Below, piece by piece: positions 8,678 to 17,684 of a DNA stretch of 47,009 nucleotides; position 1 is the first letter of the stretch, and each line of letters begins with the position of its first letter. Location of the stretch: the NCBI GenBank assembly GCA_030606865.1, contig JAUWFQ010000002.1, positions 1 to 47,009 of the forward strand. The letters are read 5' to 3'. The stretch comes from a bacterium. Its GTDB lineage: Bacteria; Fidelibacterota; Marinisomatia; Marinisomatales; JAHJCW01. The position numbers were made by a program, and so were the translations under genes. Below the pieces are notes generated by a model, which was not told the DNA's origin, made no database searches, and saw only the letters and a list, made by a program, of their open reading frames with translations.

Positions 8678-10549
8678 TTATAATGGTTCAAATACAGCTA
8701 TGTAGAATATGCCACTATAATTATTAGTGGGAGGTGTATTGGCGATTTCAATCTTTCTAACAATTACATTATCGCCAATAAATTTTAGATATTGAATCGT
8801 CAAATCAATTTGTGATAATGAATCAACTTCAAAAATAATCGGATTATAGTTTGTACCATTTTCACTAATCATATCTAATTGTCGAAGCTTATTTATTCCT
8901 AAGGAAGATTGTAGTTGATTTACGACGTCAAATAAATTTATCCAAATATTAGATTTAATATCGGGTAACGATGTAATATTAAAATCAATCTGCTGTTTAA
9001 TTCCCCCACAACAATCGATTGGTTCAATAGAATAAAAAGTCGGTTCAAAATTTGGAATATCTAAAGAATCTTTACCGATAAATTCAATTGAACCTGAGGT
9101 ATTAATAATTTTAAATGATATTAAACTATCAGGCGAAACAATAGATGTAAGTGTTGAATACGTATTTATAAGTGTCGCAGATTGATTAAACTGTTGATCG
9201 AAGAAAATTAAGCCATCTGACTTATCATTTGATTGAGTCAAACCAACTTTTTCCTTTATATCCGATAATAAATCCGCGCCATTTTCGGTGTAAAATATGT
9301 AGTAACCCAATAAACTAAGTAATATAATTAGTAAAAAAGGTGATATATTTACTTTTTTATACTTATTTTTATCTTTTGCAATCTTCTTTTTCTGGGGTTT
9401 CTTTTTATCAACTCTGTCTTTCTTGGCCTGCTTTTTATTAGCTCTGTCTTTCTCGGCTTGCTCTTTCTCAGCCTTTTTTTTATCGGCTCTGTCTATCTTA
9501 GCTTGCTTTTTATCGGCTCTATCTTTCTTAGCTTGCTTTTTATCAGCTCTCTCTTTCCGAATTTTTAAATCGACAGTTGTCTTAGGTTTTTTATCAGACA
9601 GTTCTTCTATAATATTAAGTCTCTTCCCTTCTAGATCAAATGAAAGTTTACCAATTCCTTCATATCGCCGATTTTGTATTTGTGTTGGATTGAAAAAGTC
9701 CACCAAGTTATCAAAGGAAAAATCACGGATCATAATTGAGAGTGCATTTAATGATATAAATGATACATCTTCCGGTATATCATCAATTTTTACTTCTATT
9801 CCTTCAAAGGGTATTATTCGCTTATGTCTGAATTGACGTAAATGTGTATTTTTTGCATCAGCGAGAAGATCAATAGTAACAAATTCTCTTGCTTCGCTAG
9901 GAAAACTAAATAAATTTGCTTGTTCTTCTTTTTCTCCAATTCCAATTGTAACATTTGGTTGACCGGCAAGGAATCGTAATTTACCTTCGCTATATCCATC
10001 GCGACCACGATAAAAGAATTTTATAAATGAATCATCATCAGTCATATAAATCGGATTACGATATTCCCTATTTTCCAAATAAACAGTACTAACTGGACCT
10101 GCCCAAATTGGCTTACCACCTTGGTTAGTGATAATAGCTTTAATTTCAGTTACAAGGAATGACGGGCATGTTATACTATGTAAAACATTAGGATTTGGTG
10201 AATCAATTTCGGTAAATGTTGTATAATAATTACCTAACTCACCCCATTTTTGTTTTGTTTCCCACTGGATATAATCCCAGATTTCACGTTTTGTTAAGGA
10301 TTCATCACTTGTGAACTTATCATGATATAGTAATTCATCATCTATCGCTATAGCGACTTGGTTTCCTTGCATAGGAAACGTATCTAATGCTTCTTTTAGA
10401 ACAGTACGAATGGCATTTTGAGATTTTAGTACTTCCTTAATAGGTTTTGATAGAGCTATATACTTTAAATCTTTTAGTACAAATTTATTCTTAATAGATG
10501 ACCATTCACCAAATAAAATATGGGTGTCAGTAATTATTAGACTATTCAT
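8678..10549 (-). CDS. Fusion protein: PilM-like cytoplasmic domain, Lys-rich repeat linker, one TM helix and a periplasmic domain
   Basis: 623 aa. Residues 1-290 follow the PilM-like pattern (VAIAIDDELLYHDKFTSDESLTKREIWDYIQWETKQ...VLHSITCPSFLVTEIKAII). Residues 318-400 are a K/R/D/A repeat. The TM helix ISPFLLIILLSLLGYYIFY is at about residues 402-420. A roughly 200-aa extracytoplasmic C-terminus follows. The domain calls are my pattern reading, not a search. Confidence 0.5.
   Translation of the reverse strand: MNSLIITDTHILFGEWSSIKNKFVLKDLKYIALSKPIKEVLKSQNAIRTVLKEALDTFPMQGNQVAIAIDDELLYHDKFTSDESLTKREIWDYIQWETKQKWGELGNYYTTFTEIDSPNPNVLHSITCPSFLVTEIKAIITNQGGKPIWAGPVSTVYLENREYRNPIYMTDDDSFIKFFYRGRDGYSEGKLRFLAGQPNVTIGIGEKEEQANLFSFPSEAREFVTIDLLADAKNTHLRQFRHKRIIPFEGIEVKIDDIPEDVSFISLNALSIMIRDFSFDNLVDFFNPTQIQNRRYEGIGKLSFDLEGKRLNIIEELSDKKPKTTVDLKIRKERADKKQAKKDRADKKQAKIDRADKKKAEKEQAEKDRANKKQAKKDRVDKKKPQKKKIAKDKNKYKKVNISPFLLIILLSLLGYYIFYTENGADLLSDIKEKVGLTQSNDKSDGLIFFDQQFNQSATLINTYSTLTSIVSPDSLISFKIINTSGSIEFIGKDSLDIPNFEPTFYSIEPIDCCGGIKQQIDFNITSLPDIKSNIWINLFDVVNQLQSSLGINKLRQLDMISENGTNYNPIIFEVDSLSQIDLTIQYLKFIGDNVIVRKIEIANTPPTNNYSGIFYIAVFEPL
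9405..9560 (-). repeat. In-frame 30-bp tandem repeat, about five copies with one irregular 16-nt interruption
   Basis: Plus-strand units ttatcRgctctRtctWtcttRgcYtgcttt lie at 9405-9434, 9435-9464, 9480-9509 and 9510-9539, with a partial unit at 9540-9560. They encode DRADKKQAKK-type decapeptides. Confidence 0.85.
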
Positions 10550-10580
10550 ATCAATTAGTATTATTTATCTTAGTTGTTAA

Positions 10581-11330
10581 TTAATCCCAACTGGCAACAC
10601 CGTCTTCAATATATCCTTGGTTATCAGCCTTGAAGGAGAATACTAAATATTTACGTTTTTTATATGTTTCTTCGATAGGGCTTTCTACACGGAAACCATC
10701 TTCCTTGAAAGTTAATTTAAACGGTTTATTTATAATAGGACAGAAGAATTGTGTGGAATCCGGTCGATACCTATCATAATACGAATCGACTGCTACGATT
10801 TCTAATGGTTCTTCGCTAATCACACCTCTAAATGCAGGATCCTCTTGCAAATTAGCGACTTCTTTTTTTTGCACAAATATTGTGTCATTCCTTGACAATT
10901 CTTCTGAATACATAATAACTGTAGAGGTAGTATCCATTGTCGTATCACGTTTGAATATATGGAAGCCAAAAGTTGTATCGAACTCTACTCCAAATCCTAG
11001 CGGTACATTAACGTCTATTATGCTGCCTAATAAATTTAATTTTTGTTCACCAACATAATTAGAATCAGCAGTAACCGAATCGGCCACAGCATTAATTATA
11101 TGCATTGCCTCATATCCATTTTGATGATATTCATTTGTTAATTGAGCATAAAATCGTTCGATATCATATATATTTTGCATACGTGAATGACTTAGTTCTT
11201 CAAAATGGTCTTCATCTGCCCAAATCGCTACTGGTACATAAATTGCGATTATTAAAAATACAATCGCTAATACGATTAGTAATTCAATCCAATCTGTTTT
11301 GTGTTGAACTTTTTTATCCATGTCTTTCAA
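10581..11330 (-). CDS. Membrane-anchored protein with a pilin-like N-terminal helix and no canonical prepilin cleavage site
   Basis: The N-terminus is MKDMDKKVQHKTDWIELLIVLAIVFLIIAIYVPVAIW. The IELLIVLAIV segment resembles the class III signal helix, including a Glu at the +5-equivalent position. The G/F cleavage motif is absent. Confidence 0.4.
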   Translation of the reverse strand: MKDMDKKVQHKTDWIELLIVLAIVFLIIAIYVPVAIWADEDHFEELSHSRMQNIYDIERFYAQLTNEYHQNGYEAMHIINAVADSVTADSNYVGEQKLNLLGSIIDVNVPLGFGVEFDTTFGFHIFKRDTTMDTTSTVIMYSEELSRNDTIFVQKKEVANLQEDPAFRGVISEEPLEIVAVDSYYDRYRPDSTQFFCPIINKPFKLTFKEDGFRVESPIEETYKKRKYLVFSFKADNQGYIEDGVASWD

Positions 11331-11336
11331 TTCCTA

Positions 11337-11885
11337 TTATATGGTTATAAATGGTTCTAACCTGGCTAATGTTTTTGGTCCAATTCCCTTAACTTTTTCT
11401 AAATCTTTTATTGATATAAAAGTACCCAATTCATTTCTAAGTTGAATAATTCTCCCTGCTTTCACTTCGCCAATATATGGTAGCGTCATAAAATCTTCTT
11501 TACTGGCGATGTTAATATTAATTATTTCTAATGGATTTTGCTTAATCTTTTTTTTATTTGATTTAGTTTTATTCGCCACAATATCTGTGGTTACTTTTTG
11601 AACTGATTTTGAATCGATATTACTATTATTATTACCAATTTTACTCTTTGTATTTATTACCGTAGCATTTGCTAACTGAGATCGTTCTTTTATTATATTG
11701 TTATGTTTCTCAATAATATTATCTTTTTCAATTTCTTTAATATATGACGGTAAATTATTTTGCGCTAATAGAATTTCAGGTGTCCTTAACAAATTATGTC
11801 TAAAAATGCCAATTACGGAACCTATTAAAACAGTACTCAATAAAAAAATAGTCAAGTTTTTTTCTTGAGAAGTCAGTAAAGGCAT
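11337..11885 (-). CDS. comEA: ComEA-family helix-hairpin-helix DNA-binding protein
   Basis: An N-terminal TM helix and a C-terminal tandem HhH: INIASKEDFMTLPYIGEVKAGRIIQLRNELGTFISIKDLEKVKGIGPKTLARLEPFI. Confidence 0.85.
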   Translation of the reverse strand: MPLLTSQEKNLTIFLLSTVLIGSVIGIFRHNLLRTPEILLAQNNLPSYIKEIEKDNIIEKHNNIIKERSQLANATVINTKSKIGNNNSNIDSKSVQKVTTDIVANKTKSNKKKIKQNPLEIININIASKEDFMTLPYIGEVKAGRIIQLRNELGTFISIKDLEKVKGIGPKTLARLEPFITI

Positions 11886-13018
11886 TATAATTCCATTTTA
11901 TTGAAAGACGGGTTTTTTGATCCCGAAATTTTATCTAATTCATTATATAGGTTCTTTTCTTGCTTAGATAATGAAGTAGGAATTTCAACTATTATTCTAA
12001 TTAATTGATCACCACGATAATTACTTCGGAGACGTGGTAAACCTTTACCACGCATTCGCAAAACCTGTCCTGATTGCATTCCTTTAGGAATTTTTAGACT
12101 GGCTTTGCCATCAATTGTTGGTACTGTTATAGAATCACCTAATACAGCTTGAGCGATCTCAATATGAGCTTCCAATATAATGTCTGTTCCATTTCTAACA
12201 AAATATTCATGTGGTTTTTCTTCGAAAAATACCAGTAAATCACCAGGTTGGATTCCTTTACCTCCTTTATTCCCTTGCCTATCAAGTGTCATGTAATTAC
12301 CGTTTTCAACACCCTTCGGAACTTTTACTTTAATTGATACAGTTTCTCTTCTAATACCACTACCATTACAAGATGAACAAGGATTCTCAATAAATTCCCC
12401 TGATCCATGACAAAGGGGACAATCAGTCACAACTACAGATTGCCCAAAAAAAGATTGCCTCACTTGTCTTACTTGACCACTGCCATTACACTGTTTACAT
12501 TGAGTAGGGTGCGTACCTTGCTTAGCTCCACTTCCATCGCAAGTTTTACAGGTTTCATTGCGTTTTATTTTTATAGTTTTTTCTGTACCGTTTAAAATAT
12601 CAATAAATTCCAATTGTAGCGATACTCGCAAATCCTTAGCTTTGCGATACCCACTACGAGCTGATTGAGTGGTACCACCACCCATTCCAAAAATATCTTC
12701 AAATGGATGACGGCCACCAAATATGCTACCGAATTGGCTGAATATATCCTCCATCGAGAAATGCATGCCATCGAATCCTTGTCCCCCCATATCACCCATT
12801 CCAACTCCCGCATGACCAAATTGATCATATTTTGCGCGCTTATTATCATCATTTAAAGCTGCATAAGCTTCTGCGGCTTCCTTGAATTTTTGCTCAGCTT
12901 CTTTATTATCGGGGTTGCGGTCAGGATGGTATTTCTTCGCAATATTGCGATATGCACGCTTTAATTCATCCTTAGAAGCGCCTTTGTCGACGCCTAATAT
13001 TTCGTATAAATCTCTCAT
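11885..13018 (-). CDS. dnaJ: Molecular chaperone DnaJ
   Basis: J domain DLYEILGV...KYHPDRNP. Four CxxCxGxG zinc-finger repeats: CKTCDGSG, CKQCNGSG, CPLCHGSG and CSSCNGSG. Confidence 0.97.
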   Translation of the reverse strand: MRDLYEILGVDKGASKDELKRAYRNIAKKYHPDRNPDNKEAEQKFKEAAEAYAALNDDNKRAKYDQFGHAGVGMGDMGGQGFDGMHFSMEDIFSQFGSIFGGRHPFEDIFGMGGGTTQSARSGYRKAKDLRVSLQLEFIDILNGTEKTIKIKRNETCKTCDGSGAKQGTHPTQCKQCNGSGQVRQVRQSFFGQSVVVTDCPLCHGSGEFIENPCSSCNGSGIRRETVSIKVKVPKGVENGNYMTLDRQGNKGGKGIQPGDLLVFFEEKPHEYFVRNGTDIILEAHIEIAQAVLGDSITVPTIDGKASLKIPKGMQSGQVLRMRGKGLPRLRSNYRGDQLIRIIVEIPTSLSKQEKNLYNELDKISGSKNPSFNKMEL

Positions 13019-13569
13019 TTCTTATTTACAATAACCTTAGCGTGACGCAATACATGATCTTTATATTTATAACCTTTTTCAAATACTTCCAAAATTTCAT
13101 TATCCTTTTTTCCCTTTTCAGTCTTAACCATCATCGCATCGTGCAAATCGATATCAAGGAAATCACCGGGTTTGCCAATTGGTTGAACCTGCCATTTTGT
13201 AAAATATTTTTCAATTTTTGCGATAATTAATTTCATACCATCATTTATAATTACATCATCCTTCTTAGTTTCACTTTTGACCACGTTCACGACTCTCTCT
13301 AAATCATCTACTATTGGTAACAAATCTTTTAGAATCCCTTCTCCTTCATATTCAAACATTCGCAACATTTCTTTATCGCGTCGTTTTCTAAAATTCTCGA
13401 ATTCAGCCTTTAATCGCAGTCTTTTATCTTTAAGTTCAGCAACTTGATTTGTTAATTCTAGGATTTTCTTTTTATCACCCGACAATCTAGGCTTTGTACT
13501 TTTCTTTTTTGTTGGTTCTCCGGCAATTGGTGAACCATTTTTTGGCGTGCTTTTCTTCTCAACAGACAT
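13015..13569 (-). CDS. grpE: Nucleotide exchange factor GrpE
   Basis: Coiled-coil LKDKRLRLKAEFENFRKRRDKE and a C-terminal beta domain VFEKGYKYKDHVLRHAKVIV. The likely start is MSVEKKS at 13569; the ORF-track start is 13587. There is an ATGA overlap with dnaJ. Confidence 0.93.
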   Translation of the reverse strand: MSVEKKSTPKNGSPIAGEPTKKKSTKPRLSGDKKKILELTNQVAELKDKRLRLKAEFENFRKRRDKEMLRMFEYEGEGILKDLLPIVDDLERVVNVVKSETKKDDVIINDGMKLIIAKIEKYFTKWQVQPIGKPGDFLDIDLHDAMMVKTEKGKKDNEILEVFEKGYKYKDHVLRHAKVIVNKK

Positions 13570-14590
13570 TAGGCATAATCTCCACAAATTCTTTTAAAAT
13601 TCTAATTATATTTTTATATGGAATGCGAGTTGGTCCAAATATGCCAAGTTTCCCGGTGATTGAATCACTTTCAAAACTAGCGGCAATTATGGAACAATGA
13701 TTTAATAAATCATTTTCACTCTCATTTCCGATTATTGTAAGCATATTTTGCTTTAAAATTTTATTGGATAAAATATGCTTTATATGTTTTTCATCCAGAC
13801 CTGAAATTGTTTTTTGTAATATTTCATATTCCTGAAATTCAGGATGACTTAATAACCCTTGATAGGATGACACATACAATTGATTATTTCTATTCAATTG
13901 GAATGGAAGTTGCGGGTGATGAAAAATTATCTGAATAATTTCATGTTGTGGCACATTATAATTTTTCAATAAATCAGATATTGAAGCTTGTATTTCATCG
14001 ACACTAAGTCCAATTAATCTTTCACGTAATATTCGGTTTACAATAGTTATATCATTTGGACTAACTGAAATATTAAGGTTTAATACAAGTGATTTCAGCA
14101 ATCCAGATTTTAATGCAATAACCATCATTAATCTATCAGATGACAATGATACTAGTTCAATTTCTGTTAATATACTTTTTCGTACTTCAGAGATTATCAC
14201 AACTCCAAATAAACCGCTCACTTTAGCTAGCATTAGAGCTGTATCTTGCATTAATTCATCGACATTGGCGGATACATTTAACAGTTGTTCTCTAATATTT
14301 TCGAACAACCCTGTTTCCATTTCATCATGATTGATGACATTATCTACATAATAACGATAACCTAAATCAGTCGGAACACGCCCCGATGATGTATAAGCAT
14401 GACTTAGGAATCCAAAATATTCCAACCTTGCCAAAATATTTCTAATTGTGGCAGGACTGAAAGGAATATTATACTTTACTTTAATATTATTTGATGCAAC
14501 CGGACGGTTTTCTACAATATAATCTTCAATTACAATACGTAAGATATTGCTTTCCCTTTCATTCAAATGAGTATATTTTAGTTTATCCAT
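13559..14590 (-). CDS. hrcA: Heat-inducible transcription repressor HrcA
   Basis: N-terminal winged helix LNERESNILRIVIEDYIVENRPVASNNI. Size is 343 aa and it sits directly upstream of grpE-dnaJ. Confidence 0.9.
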   Translation of the reverse strand: MDKLKYTHLNERESNILRIVIEDYIVENRPVASNNIKVKYNIPFSPATIRNILARLEYFGFLSHAYTSSGRVPTDLGYRYYVDNVINHDEMETGLFENIREQLLNVSANVDELMQDTALMLAKVSGLFGVVIISEVRKSILTEIELVSLSSDRLMMVIALKSGLLKSLVLNLNISVSPNDITIVNRILRERLIGLSVDEIQASISDLLKNYNVPQHEIIQIIFHHPQLPFQLNRNNQLYVSSYQGLLSHPEFQEYEILQKTISGLDEKHIKHILSNKILKQNMLTIIGNESENDLLNHCSIIAASFESDSITGKLGIFGPTRIPYKNIIRILKEFVEIMPNVC

Positions 14591-14635
14591 AACCTTAAAT
14601 TTAGAGCATTTAAAAATTGACTGTCAATATTGAGT

Positions 14636-15502
14636 TTATTTTAGTAGAACTCTTATTCCTCTGTAACTTCCTATCAAACCAATTAAAATCGCAATTGCCA
14701 TCAACCAAACCATACCATATATATTAAATAATATTTTGAATGAGAATAAATCTGCAAAATATGCATTTGCGCTTCTCACTGCGACAAATAATACTATAAT
14801 CGCTAATAGCGAACCTAAAATTCCGTCTAAAATACCTTCAATAATGAATGGAGTTTTTATAAACATTTTTGTAGCACCAATGGATTTTAAATTCTGAATA
14901 AGGTCTCGTTTAGCATAGACAGATAGTTTTACTGTATTTGAAATCACAATTATAGTAATTACTAACAATCCAATGGCAATATATGATATTATTTTAACGA
15001 TGGTTTTATAAAAGTATTCTACTCGTCTGATTAAAGTCCCTTCATAGACCACTTCATTAACATTTGAAATTTTTTCCAAATTAGTAATTAATGGTTCAAC
15101 ATCAACTTCCGAATTACCATGTTTGTCTATATTTATCACAGCGCTGTTAGGAAGCGGATTGTACCCTAATATATCAATCAGATTTTCATCAAATTGATCT
15201 TGATATATCTTTAATGCATCTTCTTTTGTAACTATAGCAATGGATTGCACGCCATCTAATTCTTTTATTTGATCTACTATTAGCTGTGCGTCCTCATTAT
15301 TCACATGATCTTCAAAGAACACTTCAATTCTATATTCTGATCTGACGTAATCTATTAACTGGTGGGAATTCTGTTGGACTATTATGAAGATACCAATTAT
15401 CAATAAAGAAAAAAATACTGATCCAATGGCTGTAAAGGTTGTTAACTTATGTCTCCATAGATTTCTTATCCCTTCATACAATAGATAAATCAGTTTACTC
15501 AT
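14636..15502 (-). CDS. ftsX: Cell-division ABC transporter permease-like protein FtsX
   Basis: N-terminal EGIRNLWRHKLTTFTAIGSVFFSLLIIG, a periplasmic domain and three C-terminal TM helices. It overlaps ftsE by 4 nt. Confidence 0.9.
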   Translation of the reverse strand: MSKLIYLLYEGIRNLWRHKLTTFTAIGSVFFSLLIIGIFIIVQQNSHQLIDYVRSEYRIEVFFEDHVNNEDAQLIVDQIKELDGVQSIAIVTKEDALKIYQDQFDENLIDILGYNPLPNSAVINIDKHGNSEVDVEPLITNLEKISNVNEVVYEGTLIRRVEYFYKTIVKIISYIAIGLLVITIIVISNTVKLSVYAKRDLIQNLKSIGATKMFIKTPFIIEGILDGILGSLLAIIVLFVAVRSANAYFADLFSFKILFNIYGMVWLMAIAILIGLIGSYRGIRVLLK

Positions 15503-16152
15503 CTGCTTTGTATAATTCCATTTTTAATTTCAATAAAACGGTGACCTAATTCTTTAATTAATCTATAATTGTGAGAAGCCATTAAAACCGCAGTTCCTTT
15601 TCTATTAATTCGTTCTAATAATCTGATTATCTGCAATGCAGTTGAAGGATCCAAATTCCCTGTTGGTTCATCTGCTAGAATAATATCAGGATCTTTTACA
15701 AGTCCTCGCGCAATACATGCTCTTTGTTGTTCTCCACCAGATAATTCCCATGGATATTCATACGCTTTATCTTCGAGACCAACTTCTATTAAAATTGCTA
15801 TCACTCTATCTCGAATTTCTTTTTTATTATAACCAACTATGTGAAGCGGTAATGCAACATTTTCAAATAAATTTCGATCATTCAACAAATTGAAATTCTG
15901 GAAAATCATTCCAATATCACGTCTTAAGTGCGGAATTTTACGTTTTCTAATTTTTTTTGACGAATATCGATTTACATTAACTTCACCTTTATCCGGTAAT
16001 AAATCCATATAAATCAATCGAATAATAGTTGTTTTTCCCGCTCCTGAAGGTCCGATTAGAAAGGAAAACTCGCCGGGTAATATCCTAAAATGGACATTAA
16101 AAACGCCCATTCCATTTGGATAAGTATATGTTACATTATTAAAACCAATCAT
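15499..16152 (-). CDS. ftsE: Cell-division ATP-binding protein FtsE
   Basis: Walker A GPSGAGKTT, ABC signature LSGGEQQR and Walker B IILADEPTGNLD. Confidence 0.93.
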   Translation of the reverse strand: MIGFNNVTYTYPNGMGVFNVHFRILPGEFSFLIGPSGAGKTTIIRLIYMDLLPDKGEVNVNRYSSKKIRKRKIPHLRRDIGMIFQNFNLLNDRNLFENVALPLHIVGYNKKEIRDRVIAILIEVGLEDKAYEYPWELSGGEQQRACIARGLVKDPDIILADEPTGNLDPSTALQIIRLLERINRKGTAVLMASHNYRLIKELGHRFIEIKNGIIQSR

Positions 16153-16176
16153 TATAATTACATTGAATTTATGTTA

Positions 16177-17100
16177 CTATCTTAAGAATAAACCGTAAAT
16201 AAATGCAAAATATGCTGTAATTAAGAGAAACGAATAAATTCTAGAAATAGGTTGTTTTACTAGTCCTAATGGTATGAGTATTAGTCCAAAGGCAATCATG
16301 ATAGGAATTTCAAAAGTCATGATTTCTTGCGGACTAATTATCGGTTTTACAAAACCGACAATACCAATCACTGATAAAATATTAAATAAATTTGACCCAA
16401 TTATATTACCAACTGAAATAGCGTGTTCCTTGCGAAACGATGCAACGAAACAAGTTGATAACTCCGGCAGGGACGTTCCGAGTGCCACAACCGACATACC
16501 AATTACCACTTCACTCACACCTAATATACTTGCAAGTTCTATAGCTCCTTTAACAAATAGATCTGCTCCAAGATACAATCCGATAATTCCAAGTACAAAT
16601 AGTATCAATGCTTTACCGGTTTTTCCAATGGGTGTTACCGATTCAACATCCTGCTCTCGCTTAAATCTTATACACGACCAAGTATAGAGAACTATTCCTA
16701 TGAATAATGCAATTCCTTCAACTCTAGAAATAACTCCATCATATAGAAACACAACAAAAACAAAGCAAACAAATAAATATATGTACAAATCTCGTTTTAT
16801 ACGTTGGAAATGAATAGCCATGGGAAAAATTAATGAAGTAAACCCGAGTACTAATCCGACATTTGCAATATTAGAACCAACGATGTTTCCAATAGCAATG
16901 GCCGATGCATCGGTTAATACTGCATTCATGCTGATAACTAATTCTGGCAATGACGTTCCAAAAGCAACTACAGTTAATCCAATTACAAAAGATGATATTT
17001 TTAAACGATTTGCAAAAAAGACAGCACTTTTTACTAACCAATCTGCTCCAAAAAATAGAAAGGCACCGCCGATAATTAAATAAAGAAGACTAATGAGCAT
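16177..17100 (-). CDS. Ca2+/Na+ antiporter, CaCA/YrbG family
   Basis: 307 aa and polytopic. It has the two alpha-repeat motifs GTSLPELVISM and GTSLPELSTCF. Confidence 0.9.
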   Translation of the reverse strand: MLISLLYLIIGGAFLFFGADWLVKSAVFFANRLKISSFVIGLTVVAFGTSLPELVISMNAVLTDASAIAIGNIVGSNIANVGLVLGFTSLIFPMAIHFQRIKRDLYIYLFVCFVFVVFLYDGVISRVEGIALFIGIVLYTWSCIRFKREQDVESVTPIGKTGKALILFVLGIIGLYLGADLFVKGAIELASILGVSEVVIGMSVVALGTSLPELSTCFVASFRKEHAISVGNIIGSNLFNILSVIGIVGFVKPIISPQEIMTFEIPIMIAFGLILIPLGLVKQPISRIYSFLLITAYFAFIYGLFLR

Positions 17101-17684
17101 TAGATATACAGTGAATTCTTATTTATGAATTCCCAAACAGGTTGTGTCACCATATATCGTATAGTTTTATTTTCCTTCCATCTTTTACGAATCTGAGTAG
17201 CTGATAATTCAAATCGTGGAATATTTGCGAATTGAATTTTACTTAAAATCCAACTTGGAACAGAACTTGGTTTAAATCCGGGACGAATTGCTACAATAAC
17301 TTGACATTCTTCCAATATTTTTAATGGTTCATGCCATTTATGAAAAGTTTTAAGAATATCACTACCAATTAAAAAATACAATTCATCTCGTTTAAGTTTT
17401 TGTTCCTTTTTAATATGTCTAATTGTATCAATAGAGTAGGAAATCCCCCCTCTCTTAATCTCAGCATCTGATATTTCAAAATGGGGATTTCCCTCAACAG
17501 CAATTTCCAACATTTTCAATCTTTTATCAATCGAAGAAGTATTATTGTCAGATTTATGTGGATTTTTAAGAGCTAGAACAAAAATAAGTTTATCAAATTT
17601 CTCTTCTTCGCAAATCGTTTGAGCAATTAATAAATGTCCTATATGAGGAGGATCAAATGTACCGCCAAATATACATTTTTTCAT
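17100..17684 (-). CDS. nadD: Nicotinate-nucleotide adenylyltransferase
   Basis: Contains IFGGTFDPPHIGHLLIAQ. Size is 194 aa. Confidence 0.9.
   Translation of the reverse strand: MKKCIFGGTFDPPHIGHLLIAQTICEEEKFDKLIFVLALKNPHKSDNNTSSIDKRLKMLEIAVEGNPHFEISDAEIKRGGISYSIDTIRHIKKEQKLKRDELYFLIGSDILKTFHKWHEPLKILEECQVIVAIRPGFKPSSVPSWILSKIQFANIPRFELSATQIRKRWKENKTIRYMVTQPVWEFINKNSLYI

Noticed and set aside
9405-9560. Regularly spaced 30-bp repeats that could be mistaken for a CRISPR array
   Set aside because: The units are directly adjacent with no spacers. They are in frame within a long ORF and encode a Lys-rich peptide repeat. No cas genes are nearby.
14599-14627. Possible CIRCE operator and TTGACA-17-CTAAAT promoter upstream of hrcA
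   Set aside because: The half-sites TTAGAGCAT and GACTGTCAA match the CIRCE consensus poorly and do not pair with each other. The -10-like hexamer ends only 8 nt before the ATG, which would leave no room for a leader or RBS. I treat it as unsupported and record it only as a low-interest finding.
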